A stretch of DNA of 64,000 nt from Phoronis australis (lineage: Eukaryota; Animalia; Phoronida), in NCBI GenBank assembly GCA_002633005.1, contig NMRA01000693.1:124001-188000 (forward strand), in the 5' to 3' direction. Numbering within the stretch: position 1 is the stretch's first letter; every line of letters starts with the position of its first letter. A program made the translations under genes and the position numbers. The notes under the pieces are model-generated. The model had not been told where the DNA came from. It searched no databases and worked only from the letters and a program-made list of their open reading frames with translations. Below, in pieces: positions 1 through 13,478 of this stretch.

Positions 1-378
1 TCATACTGCACTTCGCCCTATTTAGCAGGTTAAAAATATCGTAAATCAAAGTAGAACGCAGTTGCGTATGTGCACTTACAGCTCTTCATGTCTATGCAGG
101 TGCATAGTGAGTTACAGGCTTATAACATGGCATAAAATATGGGTCCTTGATACACTATGAAAGAACAAGTGGGTAAGTTAGAATGTCAACACTCAGAAAA
201 CTGAACTTAATGACCCCAAAATTGCATCCAATAGCCTTAAAGCTTAGTACAAAGCTTTTCATTAGTATACCAAACTAATGTGTGAAATGGAAAATTCTAG
301 CTCAAAAATCAGTTTTGAAAATTTTAGTATAATGCTGATTTGATTCACAAGTCCTATGAATAAATGTTGACTTTTGTA

Positions 379-966
379 AACAAGTGCAACGCAGAGCGTT
401 GAAATGCGCCCACGAATGCATCGCAAACAGTGTGCTTTTAGGGTTGTATATTTGTATCATCAAAATGGCCACTAGATGGTGCAAAATACGTCGAATCTGT
501 CTGAAAACCTGCAAATGCCATAGTTTCTTTAAAAGAAAGCCATTTACATTTCATTAAAATTCTTCGAGGAACTTCAAAGAAACCGAGGAAAAAGAAAAAA
601 ACATGAAATTGCCACTAGGGGGCACAGTGTTCATCCGATCTGTCTAAAAGTCGTCGTCTTTTCTCGTTAACTTCACTAAATACACGAGCTAAATTTAATG
701 AAAATCCTGCAGAGGGCTTAGGAAATACAGATATGGGTGCAAAAAACCTAAACCGCCACTAGGAGGCACCACAATAGTCGAAGTCATCAGAAAATTATCG
801 TCAACCATCCCCTTCATAAAAAGAACATACCAAAACTTTCGCAATCATCCTTAGAGTGGTTGGTTGACAGAGGAACGGATGCCAAAAAACACTCGAAAAC
901 AACAAAAATGGCCACTAGGTGGCGCAAAGTACGTAGAATCCATCCGAAAACGGGAGGATAGCATCA
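379..966 (-). mobile_element. Partial copy of the same HINE/DINE-1-like family, interrupted by a MITE
   Basis: Starts aacaagtgcaacgcagagcgttgaaatgcgcccac, colinear with 13631 onward and 42226 onward. Confidence 0.75.
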
Positions 967-1458
967 CAGGCCTTCATCCAGGATTTCGAAAATAGGGTGT
1001 CCAAAATGAGGTTCCCAATATTCCAGGGCGTCCATAATTCCGACGCGTAACCCCCCATCCCCAGCAATCCCCCCAAACACACAGATTTTTTTTACAAAAA
1101 AATGCATAGACCAAGGTTTTTACATCTAAGTTTACAAAACAGCCTTCTGTAGTGAGCATTTTAATAAAACATTGGTGTAGACCAAGACTTTTACAATGCT
1201 ATCAACCAAGTGTGAGCATAGCAACATTGTATATACTTTGTATATACATTGTATATTTCTTCCTGCTTTGAAAAAAGAGCCCCCACTGTGAGCCTTCAGA
1301 GGCTTCCTAGTAATCATTACAATGTGTGTGTCCAAACTTGAAAGGTTCCTATTGACAGTGGGCGTCCAAATGATACATTGGGCGTCCTTGCCAGGGCGTC
1401 CATATTAGTGCTGGGGCGTCCATTTGGACGCCCAGGACGTACGCTGCATGAAGGCCTG
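967..1458. mobile_element. MITE with 15-bp TIRs (CAGG termini), nested in the HINE copy
   Basis: caggccttcatccag (967-981) vs ctgcatgaaggcctg (1444-1458), 14/15 complementary; internal gggcgtcc repeats; right flank is an N gap so no TSD is visible. Confidence 0.7.
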
Positions 1459-1699
1459 NNNNNNNNNNNNNNNNNNNNNNNNNNNNNNNNNNNNNNNNNN
1501 NNNNNNNNNNNNNNNNNNNNNNNNNNNNNNNNNNNNNNNNNNNNNNNNNNCTGCTATTATAATGCTGGAAAATTTCAACTGGTGTGTTAAGTAGGATGTA
1601 CCAATGACTTACGAATAACAGCAAACACTTTGAAATAGATAAATAAGGACATCGTGTCCATACATTACCCACTGTCAAAAAATATCCATGAAAAAGACA

Positions 1700-1845
1700 G
1701 TGGCTGCGACTGATAAAGCAGGAGAATTTCGATCCCAGCCATTGCTAAACAGCAAAAAATAAACATGTGAGCTAATCAAATAATTGGAGGAACTGACAGT
1801 GATATTTATTTCTCTGCTTTTAAATTTCTGTTCACCAAATCCGAG
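1700..1845 (+). repeat. Dispersed repeat, second copy at about 20749-20915
   Basis: Both contain ggctgcgactgataaagc.ggagaattt.gatcc.agcc ... aatttctgt.caccaaatc. Confidence 0.7.
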
Positions 1846-1989
1846 TTGGAATCAATAGCTCACTTGCGAGTTTCTCATTAGTCAATGTGACGTCACCGGA
1901 AGGGAAGGGGGCAAAAGCCGCCATATTGCTCTTGTTTTGCCCCGAGTCTTTGCTACACACGCTAAATCTTACTGGAGTTCTTATGGTGA

Positions 1990-2129
1990 TTTTTAAGCTT
2001 AAAACGTTTACACAACTTAAGAGATGGTACATGGATTGTGGAATAACAGTGAATGGACGAAGAAAATGTGAACTTGTGATGTTGTGCGAAAATGTGAACG
2101 GACTGAAATTGGAACTCAACCCGGTCTAG
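1990..2129 (+). pseudogene. SAP-like domain relic, probably from a DNA-transposon accessory ORF
   Basis: FKLKTFTQLKRWYMDCGITVNGRRKCELVMLCENVNGLKLELNP resembles T.xQLKxYLxxRGxxVxGxRKxELVxLC. Confidence 0.4.
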
Positions 2130-2189
2130 GCCTGAATGCTGCAGGCATACAGCTTTACAGGGGCTATAGTATATCCCCATAGTTATTCA

Positions 2190-2830
2190 CTTCAGAATAC
2201 AGCAAATAAAATCAAATGAAACATGCATATGTGCACATAGAGTTATAATTAACACATACCCTGACTCTGGATACAATTTAGCCAACAAATAACTTGAACA
2301 TGTCCATGAAAAACTCGCTGTTGGCTCGAGTTTCTCTCACCGGGCGCCACTTGGAGGAAGTTACGTGAAATCACGCCTGTTGACCAACAAAAAGTCCAAG
2401 GGATACAAACCTTATGAATTTCACTTGATATTTTCTCATGCTATTTTGCAAGTGTCACGCGCCATGTCACGTCACAGGTCTCGCGTTTTGCTCAGTCTCG
2501 CGCTAGCCTTTGCTTCCTACTCACCTGACTCGGTTGAAATACTTTGTGGTTATCGTACACGCGGTCAAAGTTAACAGTAACCACTAACTGGAGTTGAAAT
2601 TATTCACCAAAGTCACCTGAATTGCCATAGCTATCCTTCATCGAAGATATGTTTAGAAGCAGAAAGGATAACTGAAGAAAGTAAGCACCTTTTTAGGTGA
2701 TAATTTTAGGTGTAGAATGTATTTTTGACAAGGTGAAGTGAGCGGATTTCGCCTACCACCTGTATGAAATACACCAGACGAAATTAGTACAGAATGCGAT
2801 AAAATGTATTGTAGTGCGAATCTGAATTTC
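2190..2830 (+). repeat. Dispersed repeat with inverted and direct copies at 48370-49300
   Basis: gagttataattaacacatacc.tgactctggata matches the reverse complement of 49210-49250; gttgaaatactttgtggttatc matches the reverse complement of about 48918-48940. Confidence 0.8.
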
Positions 2831-5800
2831 GTTTGCCATAACAGCAATGCTTGTTTGGCATTTTTTTAACTAAATGGCTAAAAACTTGAAGAAAATGACA
2901 GAATACACTCTGCTACCGTATTGGGCAAATGGCCAAACGACAAGCTTTTGCCCCACTTCCCGTTACGTCACAGTTAAGTCTCACATAATCTCGCGTTATT
3001 GTTATAAACTCGCAAAAGGACTATTGGAAGCCACTTTTACACTCTAGAGTCCCCTATTGGGTTTTGGCTTGGATTTTCACCTGTACTAGGTCTATCATAT
3101 AGTGTGATTTGTATAGCAAAACATTTGCTAAAATTCTGAGCGTTTGCAACAATGTGGTAAGCCTCTGAAAATAGAAATATGTCAATTTTAGCAAATATTT
3201 TTCTCCCAAACTGAAGCATAATTTTTACCCTCATGTGACGATTACTCAAGCTTGATAAGTTAAGTGTTAATTGCAGAATTGCTTAATAAACAATAATTTT
3301 TAACATGGTGACCTGTTTCAAAGGTAGCAAAAGATAAGTAAGGTTGTTTATTCTGCGTCAATTTCACACCAAAATGCAAAGTATGGCAAAGCTTCCACAA
3401 CTGCGTTTGTTAGGATACTGTTTTGGAATACTGTGCATGCATTATTTTGCTTCACCACAGTGTGAAAACAACCTGGACTGTCAAAATTAGGACTTATCAC
3501 AGTGAGCGGATTCATTTCATACAAAAAACAATGATTGACGTAAATGGTAAACCTGAGTTTAGCAAAACACCCAGTTCATATGGTGAGAGAAACTAATAAT
3601 CATTTGGTGCATCAAACATGCATTGTCTGCTATGTCATTCTCTTCTTCATGGGAAAGTAAACGACAAATTACAGATAAACTGGTGATTCCATTGTGATCT
3701 TTGCTGTCATTACTGTAGCTTTTCAATAGCAAATATTAATCACATTGGCTTTGGGCCAAATTAGTAATAGGAAACCCAGCACAACTGTTGTCAACAGAGC
3801 TTTAACCTTTGCATACGACTGCTTTTATTACTTTGCGCATGCAAGCGCAGAGTTTTTTACAAGTTGATCTTGTTACTCGTGACCATCATCGTAACGTTGG
3901 ATATGTACGTAACTTATGTAGATATAAAATGTTGACAACAATTAGGCTGGATTTTCTAGCATGTATTCAGTAGATGAAGACCAGCTTGGAATTCTGCAGA
4001 CGCTCGAAGAAAACCCGAGTGTGATGGCGTGCTTCAATGCATGACGATATCTCGCAGACTTATATCTTGCTTTTAAGTGTGTCTCACGTCTGAGGAATTC
4101 AGTCCTGGTCTACGATCCACGTAACTTATGCATTACGCAAAGATAAGTCTTCACAGCAGCACCACATCAAAAACAATAACAGAAATGTCTCTGTCATTAG
4201 TGAATTAGAATTACTACCACGAACTATTAAAGACCCCATATCTCAAAGGGTTAATCTAGTACAAACACTTGGAAATATACCAAACAAAGAAATAAAAAGA
4301 TGTGACATCATGGTAATGTTTTCCTGCTTGCTGTAATGAAACTACATACTTTTTTAACACACTATTGTACCTCAGTTGAAGTCAGAAAACCGGTGACTAT
4401 TGCCATCACTTTCAGTGACTTGAGTTCCTTGTACATCTCAGTTAAAGAAAGATTCCCGAATTCAGGCTATGTTGCCATTGAAAACATACTGATACCAACT
4501 AAGAGTAAAATCCGTATTTTGTTTGGTTGTTTTCGACGCACATAATGATTTGTCTATTGACAAATTATACCTGATTCTTACCATGTGTTGTGTATCATTT
4601 AACAAAATTATGAGTTGAAAGTCATGCATACATTGCACCTCTTGCAGCCAGCACTAAATTTCAGTAATGAAACCCGTTCTGGTAAGGGGAAAATTTTTCT
4701 TGATTGTCAAGCGTCTCATTGCCATTCCGTGAAACTGATGCTAAGTATCCGACAATTGCCGTGGCAACCAACAACACACGGATAACTTGGCAGCAAATCG
4801 GTACCAGTCTTGTTGACCGACAGAATAGTAAAGCAGTAGAAAAATCAACCACAAATGACTGATTCACTGTGAAAAATCACCGCTTGCTGAATTTATATTA
4901 ATTTTAATTATTAAAGAAAACATGTTTTAAAATGTGATAAGAATTTGCAATCAATATCTCCACTGTCGGAAATTAAAAGTTCTGCAATTTATCGATAAAA
5001 AGTGCAAACTGCATTGACCAAAAGGTGCCACTGAACAGGGAGGAGTGTAGTGTACTGTAATTTATGAACTGAATGTTGGCGATTAGAAATTATTCCAGAT
5101 GCTATTCAAGGCCTTTGAAGTGTTCATACTGTGTGAAGCAGTTCTTTGCGGCTTGGCGGCCAGACTGTGGGAGTAGCCTACAGATGCCAAATTGTGTATC
5201 TGGTAAAATAAAAATTCTTCCTCAAACTTTAAACTCTGATACTTTGGTCATAGATCAAACATGCTTTCGCAAGTTATTTTGTTTTTATTAGCATGGGCCA
5301 GTACGCAATCCTAAAGCACATAAATATACTGCCTGATTGATTAGTAGTCCCTATTTACAAATGTGATAACAGAAATGTCAATATACTCAATTACCAATTA
5401 AATATGATAAAAAATGACACAAGTTAACACTACATATTAAGAAAGTCTCCATGGATTGCCAAAAGAACAAAGTGGGTGTTTTGTGCAATGGGTTTGACCT
5501 CTATGTGACCTGCGCACCTGCGATGCTATTCAAGCATAGGACCACATGCGATTTTCTTTTGTTTTTTTAACCATGTCCAGAATGGTGGAAAAAGACAGTA
5601 TTTTTGTGCAATGCAAACTTAGCAACTTCGAAAGCATATTCAATATAGCTAGTAGTCGTACTTGGTTCTAATATGTTGACAGCTTCACAAAGAAGTCATC
5701 TCACACCAAAGGTGATTGATCTGCCTTAATTAAGAGCTATTCATAGAGAACAAAAGGAAGAGATGGAACAACATAATAAGTTTCATTATTATTCTTTTCA

Positions 5801-5938
5801 ATTGCAAGTCTGTAGGCTTGCAAGGAATGATGAACAACCAGGATGATTTCCAGTCAAAAGTATACTAACCACTTGTTGTACAGCTGCATCAATGCATTTT
5901 TTCAAATAAATGTATCCGAAACTGAACAAGATCACTGA

Positions 5939-6386
5939 GTGGTGCAATGAAATGTAGACACATGTATCTTCCTTAACTGCACTACAGTTATACACTTCTG
6001 TTTTGAGAGCCTCATAACATATTGACCTTTGAAGTCATACGCTGTGAATTATCTGTCTAACATGCAACTCTACCCAAATAATCAAGACAGCCAAATTTAA
6101 AAAAAAAAGATTTACAGATATTGATTTTTGCAATATGGTGACAATGTACACATCCTGAATAGAACAAACCTTTTAATGTTTGTTTAGTTTCCTTTTTCGC
6201 CATCCTTTGAACAAGAAAAAATAACATGCAAACATTGTTCTAAAATGCAAGAAAAATGACTTTTTATATGAATTACAATTCCCCCTTCAGCCCTGTGCAA
6301 CTCAATCATTCTCACGAATTTGGACCCCCACTTTTCAAATCCTAGATGAGTCCCTGTTTCTACCTTCAGAAAATATACTTTTACTG
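5939..6386 (+). repeat. ~445-bp direct repeat, copy 1
   Basis: Near-identical to 8177-8625. Confidence 0.9.
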
Positions 6387-6644
6387 ATTCTAATATCAAA
6401 GAACTTACAACGAATTTGCAAAAGAATGGCTATCCCCTAGAATTAGTCAATAGGGTACTGAAAGCAAGACTCCAACGTAACCCTGATGATGTTCATCATG
6501 TAGACAAAACTAACTACAAGTACTTTAAAATACCCTATGTTGGGTTTTACGCCAAAATTGCTCAACGAAAACTCAACAAATTGGTGAATGATTACTGTGT
6601 GAACTTAAGAGTTGTATTAACATTCAAGTCTCTAAAACTGTCGA
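6387..6644 (+). mobile_element. Penelope-like retroelement fragment (region between RT and GIY-YIG)
   Basis: LQKNGYPLELVNRV...YFKIPYVG...KLNKLV...VVLTFKSLKL matches the NGYP and LPYxG pattern of PLE ORFs. Confidence 0.7.
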
Positions 6645-6645
6645 N

Positions 6646-6790
6646 AAAAGTCCTCAGTCCATAATTGCAATAGAACGATATTATGAAATACATTGCATTC
6701 TCCACTGTGAAAAGTCCTCAGTCCATAATTGCAAAAGAACGATATTATGAAATACATTGCATTCTCCACTGTGAAAAGTCCTCAGTCCAT
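6646..6790. repeat. ~65-bp tandem repeat following a single N
   Basis: aaaagtcctcagtccataattgca...ctccactgtg about 2.2 times. Confidence 0.8.
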
Positions 6791-8176
6791 AGGAACAGGA
6801 TGCTCGATTTTGTTTTAAGGTTTTTTAAGACCTGATTGACAAGCGTGTGACTTAGACAAATGCCCAGTACAAAACTATTGAGTTTATGCAAAAGTGTACA
6901 TTTTCTGAGAGCAACACGCGGGTAAAGGTTAATAACAAATTGTATATAAATTTGTGTGGTCACGTAACCCATGGTAAAAATTAGCAAAAGATAAAGTACA
7001 AGTCATCCAAACAACAGTAACAAGAACGTGGTCAAATTTTGTTTCAAATAAATGTACAAGATGAAATCTCAGAAATGCTGACAAAGTTTTTTAAAATATC
7101 ATTTTGCTTCTATTTGATGCATCTTTTGCTTTCTTCACTGAAATCATAATAGTCCTATTATTTAAAGCTCTCAAGCAAACACGGGTCATTTTAAAAACAA
7201 TATTCCTAACAGTGTTTTAGAGAACAATGCAGAAATAACAGAATGTGAATGTTTCGTTTCATAAGAATCCAATTAACCATTTCTGAGAAATGAACCCAAG
7301 CCAAATGTCGTATGGAGGTCACAAGGTATTGTATAATTTGCGAGATCCATGGGACGAGCATAAGCACAGCCCGCGGTTATCGCCTATGGTACACTTTCAT
7401 TGTTTTCCTTAGTTTTTTGTTCGCACTGTTCCGTTGAAACTCCAGCGAATATATGAAAAAATTATAATTCGCCCAGGTCTAACGATGTATATTGACATGC
7501 GAGAATGCAGTGCACGTGAAAAAAATGAACTGTTTCGTCTAATGTTCGTTACGTATTCAATAACTTAACATGAAAGTAAAAGCCTCGAAATATTTCAACT
7601 TTTTACAGAATTCCAAGATTATTGGGCAATTTGTGTTTGCTCTGCGCGTGGCACTGTTTGCCATATACGGAAAGAGTAAGTCACCCAATCACGTGCACAG
7701 AACCTGTTCGGCTGTGAACAAGACCAGAATTTGACTCTTAAAACTGCAAGGAAATAATGGTTCTTTTTAAGAATAAATTTGCTGTAGCGTAGTATGAAAG
7801 ACTGTGATTGACTTTGGTCTTGGTAAGTGTCAATTTCCACAAAGCGTCCATTTATAATCCACTGCAGCAGACGCTAACAACCACACACAACTCAGCGACA
7901 ACTGGCAACGCCCATAGCCAGACTCCAAATTTGCGAGTAAGGAGCTTGGAAAACGATTGGAAAATGTAAAATTATGAGCAGCATACTTAAACACGGAGTT
8001 CTGAAGTTTTTTTGATTGTCATCTTATACGAGGCCAATTCCGGATACACAAGCATGAGTGCAAATATGCCATCACTCCTACTTTCGAGTAGAGATTTTCA
8101 CCTGTGTTGAGCAACTGAGGGCCTGAATTTCTTGAGGATATGTTTTCACTGTAGACTTATGAATTGCAGTACTGCG

Positions 8177-8625
8177 TGGTGCAATGAAATGTAGACACAG
8201 TCATGTATCTTCCTTAACTGCACTACAGTTATACACTTCTGTTTTGAGAGCCTCATAACATATTGACCTTTGAAGTCATACGCTGTGAATTATCTGTCTA
8301 ACATGCAACTCTACCCAAATAATCAAGACATACAAATTTTTAAAAAAGATTTACAGATATTGATTTTTGCAATATGGTGACAATGTACACATCCTGAATA
8401 GAACAAACCTTTTAATGTTTGTTTAGTTTCCTTTTTCGCCATCCTTTGAACAAGAAAAAATAACATGCAAACACTGTGTTAAAATGCAAGAAAAATGACT
8501 TTTTATATGAATTACAATTCCCCCTTCAGCGCTGTGCAACTCAATCGTTCTCACGAATTTGGACACCCACTTTTCAAATCCTAGATGAGTCTCTGTTTCT
8601 ACCTTCAGAAAATATACTTTTACTG
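8177..8625 (+). repeat. ~445-bp direct repeat, copy 2
   Basis: Near-identical to 5939-6386. Confidence 0.9.
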
Positions 8626-8674
8626 TCACAGTGTTAAAACGAAACACATATTAAATGTATATTTGGCTACATAT

Positions 8675-10123
8675 AGACCCAATTCACGCCGACAGGAGGC
8701 GCGTTCCAAAACGAGGCTCGCTATGATAGCTCTGTTAGCTTATCGGCATAGTTGTATTTCCGCCCACGTTGCTCCGTGAACGGCTAGAAAAAATACGGAC
8801 ACTCAACTGTCTGCTTTACAATACCTAAAGACGTTAAGATTCGGAAGCGTTGGGTCGTTGCCATACGCCCCGACCAAGCAAAATATGTCCCTGTAAAATT
8901 TATAAATGTTTTCGAAAAGTTAGATCATATTTTGTCGCATCTCGGTTGCCAAGCATCATAGTAATGACCAGAGAATGGGCCAGCCAGTCTGTGTTTTCAT
9001 GACTACCGGTTGAAACATTATGTTTCTTTCCAAAAAGGACAGGGCCCTCAATCCCTCGAATTTGGGGCTAAATATTGGCCTTATTCCCCTCAAAAAATAT
9101 TGAAATATCACGCGAAATTCCCCCCAAAAGGCATTCCCCTACTGAAAAATCTCTCTGAGTTCACATCACCTGTAACCACACAGGTGACAATTTTTAAGAG
9201 CACAAAAGGCTACTTTAAATTGAGACAGAGCCTATGAGAGCTTGCAACAGGGCGGGGATGCTATTGATAATGATCGGGAGGTAGATTGTTCCCCTCACTC
9301 GGCGAAAAAAATCGCCTCTTAGTAGGCACTGGCACCTTTCCCCTCGGATGAACGAGGCTCCTGGAGAAACATGATAACTATGATTGCTTTGTCCAGTTAA
9401 CTGAAATTGAGTTCTAAAACGAGGTTATGCTTTGGACGAACGAATTAGGTGTTTTAATTTTAATATTCAACTTGGTCCAGATTGATATTTGAAACCTAAC
9501 ACATGAAATGGATGTAAGAATTATTACAACCAAGAAAGCAGATTTGATGGTCAAATAATTTTTATTTTCAATTATGAGCCTGGTTTTTTATTCTAATAAA
9601 AATATATTTAATAACATCAGTTATTCTTTCAGATCAATGACAAATCAACTGTTAGTCCCACTGAGTGCATAGGATCAGGCTATGCTTGATGTTAATATTC
9701 TTGATCAACAAATTAAACCAGATGTGACTAATTGCACATGACAGCCACCACTGTCGAATATGTCTTCAACTCGTCAACAATACGAGCAGATGACGTAGAA
9801 AGTATTTTGATAAACAATTTACAAGAACAAAAGGAAACCCTGCATTCAGCATAATACCTAATCCGTAACACTACGATCGCCGCAATTTGGTCATATTTAC
9901 TTTTCATGTTTCGAACCCAGTTTTCCAAAAAAAATTAAACCCTTTCATTAGACAACTCTTTGGGGCCTTAACTTGTTCTCTAATGTAATTTTCTACATCT
10001 CTGTGGTTAATTGTCGACACTAAAAATTTAATATCTATTTAACTCACGCAATGTCAACTTCCGCTTTGTTTATCGCAGTGAGCCTCGCTTTGGATTTTAA
10101 TGTCTGCCGCGTAAATTGGGTCT
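8675..10123 (+). mobile_element. Non-autonomous TIR DNA transposon with THAP-domain relic (ISL2EU/Harbinger-like)
   Basis: Imperfect ~50-bp TIRs agacccaatt...cgaggctc and gagcctcg...aattgggtct, flanked by AT on both sides. 8764-8874 reads PRCSVNG*KKYGHSTVCFTIPKDVKIRKRWVVAIRPD. Confidence 0.65.
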
Positions 10124-12629
10124 ATACCAACAAGTCAATAAGGTCCTATAACCTTAAGACTCCTTGTTACTGAAGCATGACAAATATGGTGGAGGCTCCA
10201 AGCCGACAAAATACCCTAAAAATCAGCAGCACGAGAAAGACCATTTCAAAATCTACATTTGAGAGCATTTCATGACTTCAGAAGTGATTGGGTGGGAATA
10301 TCGACTCCACAAAATCAGCAGCGGCACCTCATGGAATTCTGGACAACTTGTGTGATAAGCACTGGGCAAATTAACGGCAATAAGGCAACTGCAGGGAATG
10401 TTTAAGAAAAAGTACAAGACAGTTCACTATTTAGGAATAATACTTAGGTCTATTTACAAACAAAATTATCGTCAAGTCTGAGGATTAAGCAAAATAATTG
10501 CATACAAGTGCAAAACAAAGCATTGATATGTGCCAACAGTAAATGAATGTTTTTATTCGTGCTGATCAGCTTCAAAGTAAAACAAGACACCATCATGACC
10601 ACAAGGGGTAGCTGCAATAGTCCAAAATGACAAATTGTGTTAGTATTAAACTAATACCAAATCAAAAAGTTTTAAAAATGAATAGTTAACAACATTTGTA
10701 ACAAAGAAATAAAATATTACGCAAAGGGACACAGCACCGGGCATTTGGACTGGTCTAACCTACTTAATATTTTCATAAAGAACAATCATGAGATTTGGCA
10801 GACACAAAGACAGACAACAAGGACATAACAGGTACATCTCTTCTAGATAATCTGCTCAAACTGGCAGGTGCCATCATCTCCAAAATGTAACTGCCACTAG
10901 TGCATGCTTCAGTAGTCAAGACAGCCAGTAAATTGACTGGTAATGGCATGTTGGCATCACATACCCCAGTGTCCAGTATGTACATCGGTTCTCTACATAC
11001 AATACCGAAACAGTGTTCCCCCACAAATGCTGAAAAGCCCCTTGTAAAGACCAAAATGTCCACTTGAGGTGGTGCAAAAGAGAAATAGTTAAACTAAGTC
11101 TTGTGCTGGTGCATTGCCGTCACATATCTCTGGCATTGGAGACAGGGCAAACTGAAAAGGGGCATGCACCGCTCTAGCGAGGCCTTACACCCTGATGCCT
11201 AATTTCATCAAAATACGACAAGGTTTTTTTGAGATGTAGAGCAGAGACAACTTCTCAACAGGACAAATGCACAAAATGATCACTTGTGGCTGCAGCAGTT
11301 GTCTGAAAATTGACTGGTGTCGACACATTGCCATAACATATCTTTGCAATAAGTTTTCTTGAAATCCTCTGTTCGTTCTCCAGATATCACCCAGAAATGC
11401 TTCCTCCACAAAAAGACCTGAACAGCCCTGACCTTCCGGCCCTGTGGGGCAGGTCAAAGGGAAAAAAGTGGCATGCACTGCCCTACTGATGCCCTTCCTC
11501 TTTTTTGCTAAGTTTAATCTCAATCCACCAGGGGGTTTTGAGATATGTAGTGAACACTCAAACAACCAGACACCCACACATGATGACTACGACATGCAAC
11601 CACATGTCAGGAGTAGGCTAACACTGAGTTTGGTTCTATTATGCGAGTGCACGTGTAAGTGCAGCACATAGAATACAGAATTTACGAGCGTACCTCACCA
11701 AATTTTCTGAACGTAGAAGCAAGCCTTCCAATATCTAGTCAACACCTCAGAAGCAACAACACTTCAGGTGTCGAGTCTCCTGCTCTCAAATGGAACAGTG
11801 TCCACAGGATTAGTGCCCCATGACCCTGTCTTTTTAGTAGAATATCACGCAGCACGATTTCTTGGTGTTACTTATAAACCCAGAACTCCTTTTTGAATGT
11901 GTTATTTATACTACTGTATAACAATTTTTGACTGACTTGATCCAGTCTACAACAGAGAATCACAGGTAATTACTGCATATACCTTTGAATTGGCCAGCAA
12001 CACTTAAATAATTATAGTAAGCAAATAGAATTTACCAACTACGCTACTATGATATGAACAACTATTGGTTCTGTTTTAGTTTTAGGCAAAATAATGATTT
12101 TTTAAAACATCCCAAAAATTGCAGTTTTTATAGCATCTGATGGAAACCTGGAACAGTTTAACAATTCATAAAATATGTTAATGTAGCCGTTTGAAGAATA
12201 GTCCAGCTTAAATTACAGTTTCAGAAAGTTTAATTGTAATCTGATCAGTCATTTTTGAGGTATGATATAGCCAGTTCTTGGCAATTTTTAAGGCTCCTAC
12301 TTAACTACTGAAAGGTGGCCATATTGTTATGACAGCGAGGTGGCCACATTCTTATGATAGACACGTGGCCATATTCTCATGATAGACATAGTCAAATAAC
12401 AGACAGGTGGACATACGGTAGTCTAAAGACTAAAAAGCATTTAATTTTACTTCAAGCGCTTTATTTTAATATGCTTGTTTATCCATATAACTTGGTGGAC
12501 ACTTGTTCAACTGTACCAAATGCTTCTATTGAGCCAGTGTTTGTTGAAATTACACCAAAGTTAGTCCTTGGACAAATCAACAATTTGAAAGCTTTACTTT
12601 TGGTCATTTGAATTGCTTTCAAAAGGTAA

Positions 12630-12825
12630 AATACCTTTTTCACGCAGTCGCCATTTGAGTAGTGAGCCTCTTCTTAGGTTTAAAAAACAATGCATTTGAG
12701 ACACGAATATCAGGAGGCATGCGGAAAATTACGCTTTGCGCTGTATTTAAGTGCAAAATGCATTGTTTTTAAAACCTAAGAAGAGTCTCACTACTAAAAT
12801 GGCGACTACGTGTATATGGTGTATT
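12630..12825. mobile_element. Foldback MITE with ~57-bp arms
   Basis: cacgcagtcgccatttgagtagtgagcctcttcttaggtttaaaaaacaatgcattt pairs with aaatgcattgtttttaaaacctaagaagagtctcactactaaaatggcgactacgtg. Confidence 0.75.
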
Positions 12826-13478
12826 GGGATTGAATTTAAACTGTACGCAAATTTCTTGAACAGATCACTCGTCAAGAATGTTTAAATGGCAGCGTCTTAT
12901 TGTATGCATGCTGTATTGAAGACAACTTTATAATGTGCTCTTTTCACTTTGCAGAAAAGTCCTTCAATTAAGGATCGTCAATTGCGTCAACATAATGCAC
13001 CACACAGCAATCAAATTTAGCGATGGCCAAAACCCAACAAACAACCAGCAAGCAGTTACAACATGATAGCAATTAAACTGTCGACCAGCTGCCTTTTCCA
13101 GAAAACAAGTTTCCAAGATAATTACAGAAACTAAGTGAACCTTGAAGTAATAAGCAGCCACTGAGGCTCAAAACACCAATAGCAGCTAGATACTTCCAGG
13201 CAGTAATGGGGAACTGCTGATTAAACATTCAGTTCCAAGTTTTGGTTTTTAGTGAAAGAGGGAATAGCTTTAGACAGAGTTTACATCTCATACTCTCAAA
13301 ATATGCCCATGGGGCAAATATTTGTCAGCGCTAACACATGGAAATTTCACATACAACTGAGTACACTTAAAATGGAAATCTAAAGTAAACAAAGACTTCA
13401 GATGACCTACTAACACACAAATCCCAATTCACTCAATGCGCCACCTATGGGAGAATCACTTAAGGCTGCAAAACCTAC

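Noticed and set aside
10773-11671. ORFs of 75-130 aa in slightly GC-richer intron sequence
   Set aside because: No recognisable domain and not CEP290-like; possibly a decayed element but cannot be assigned
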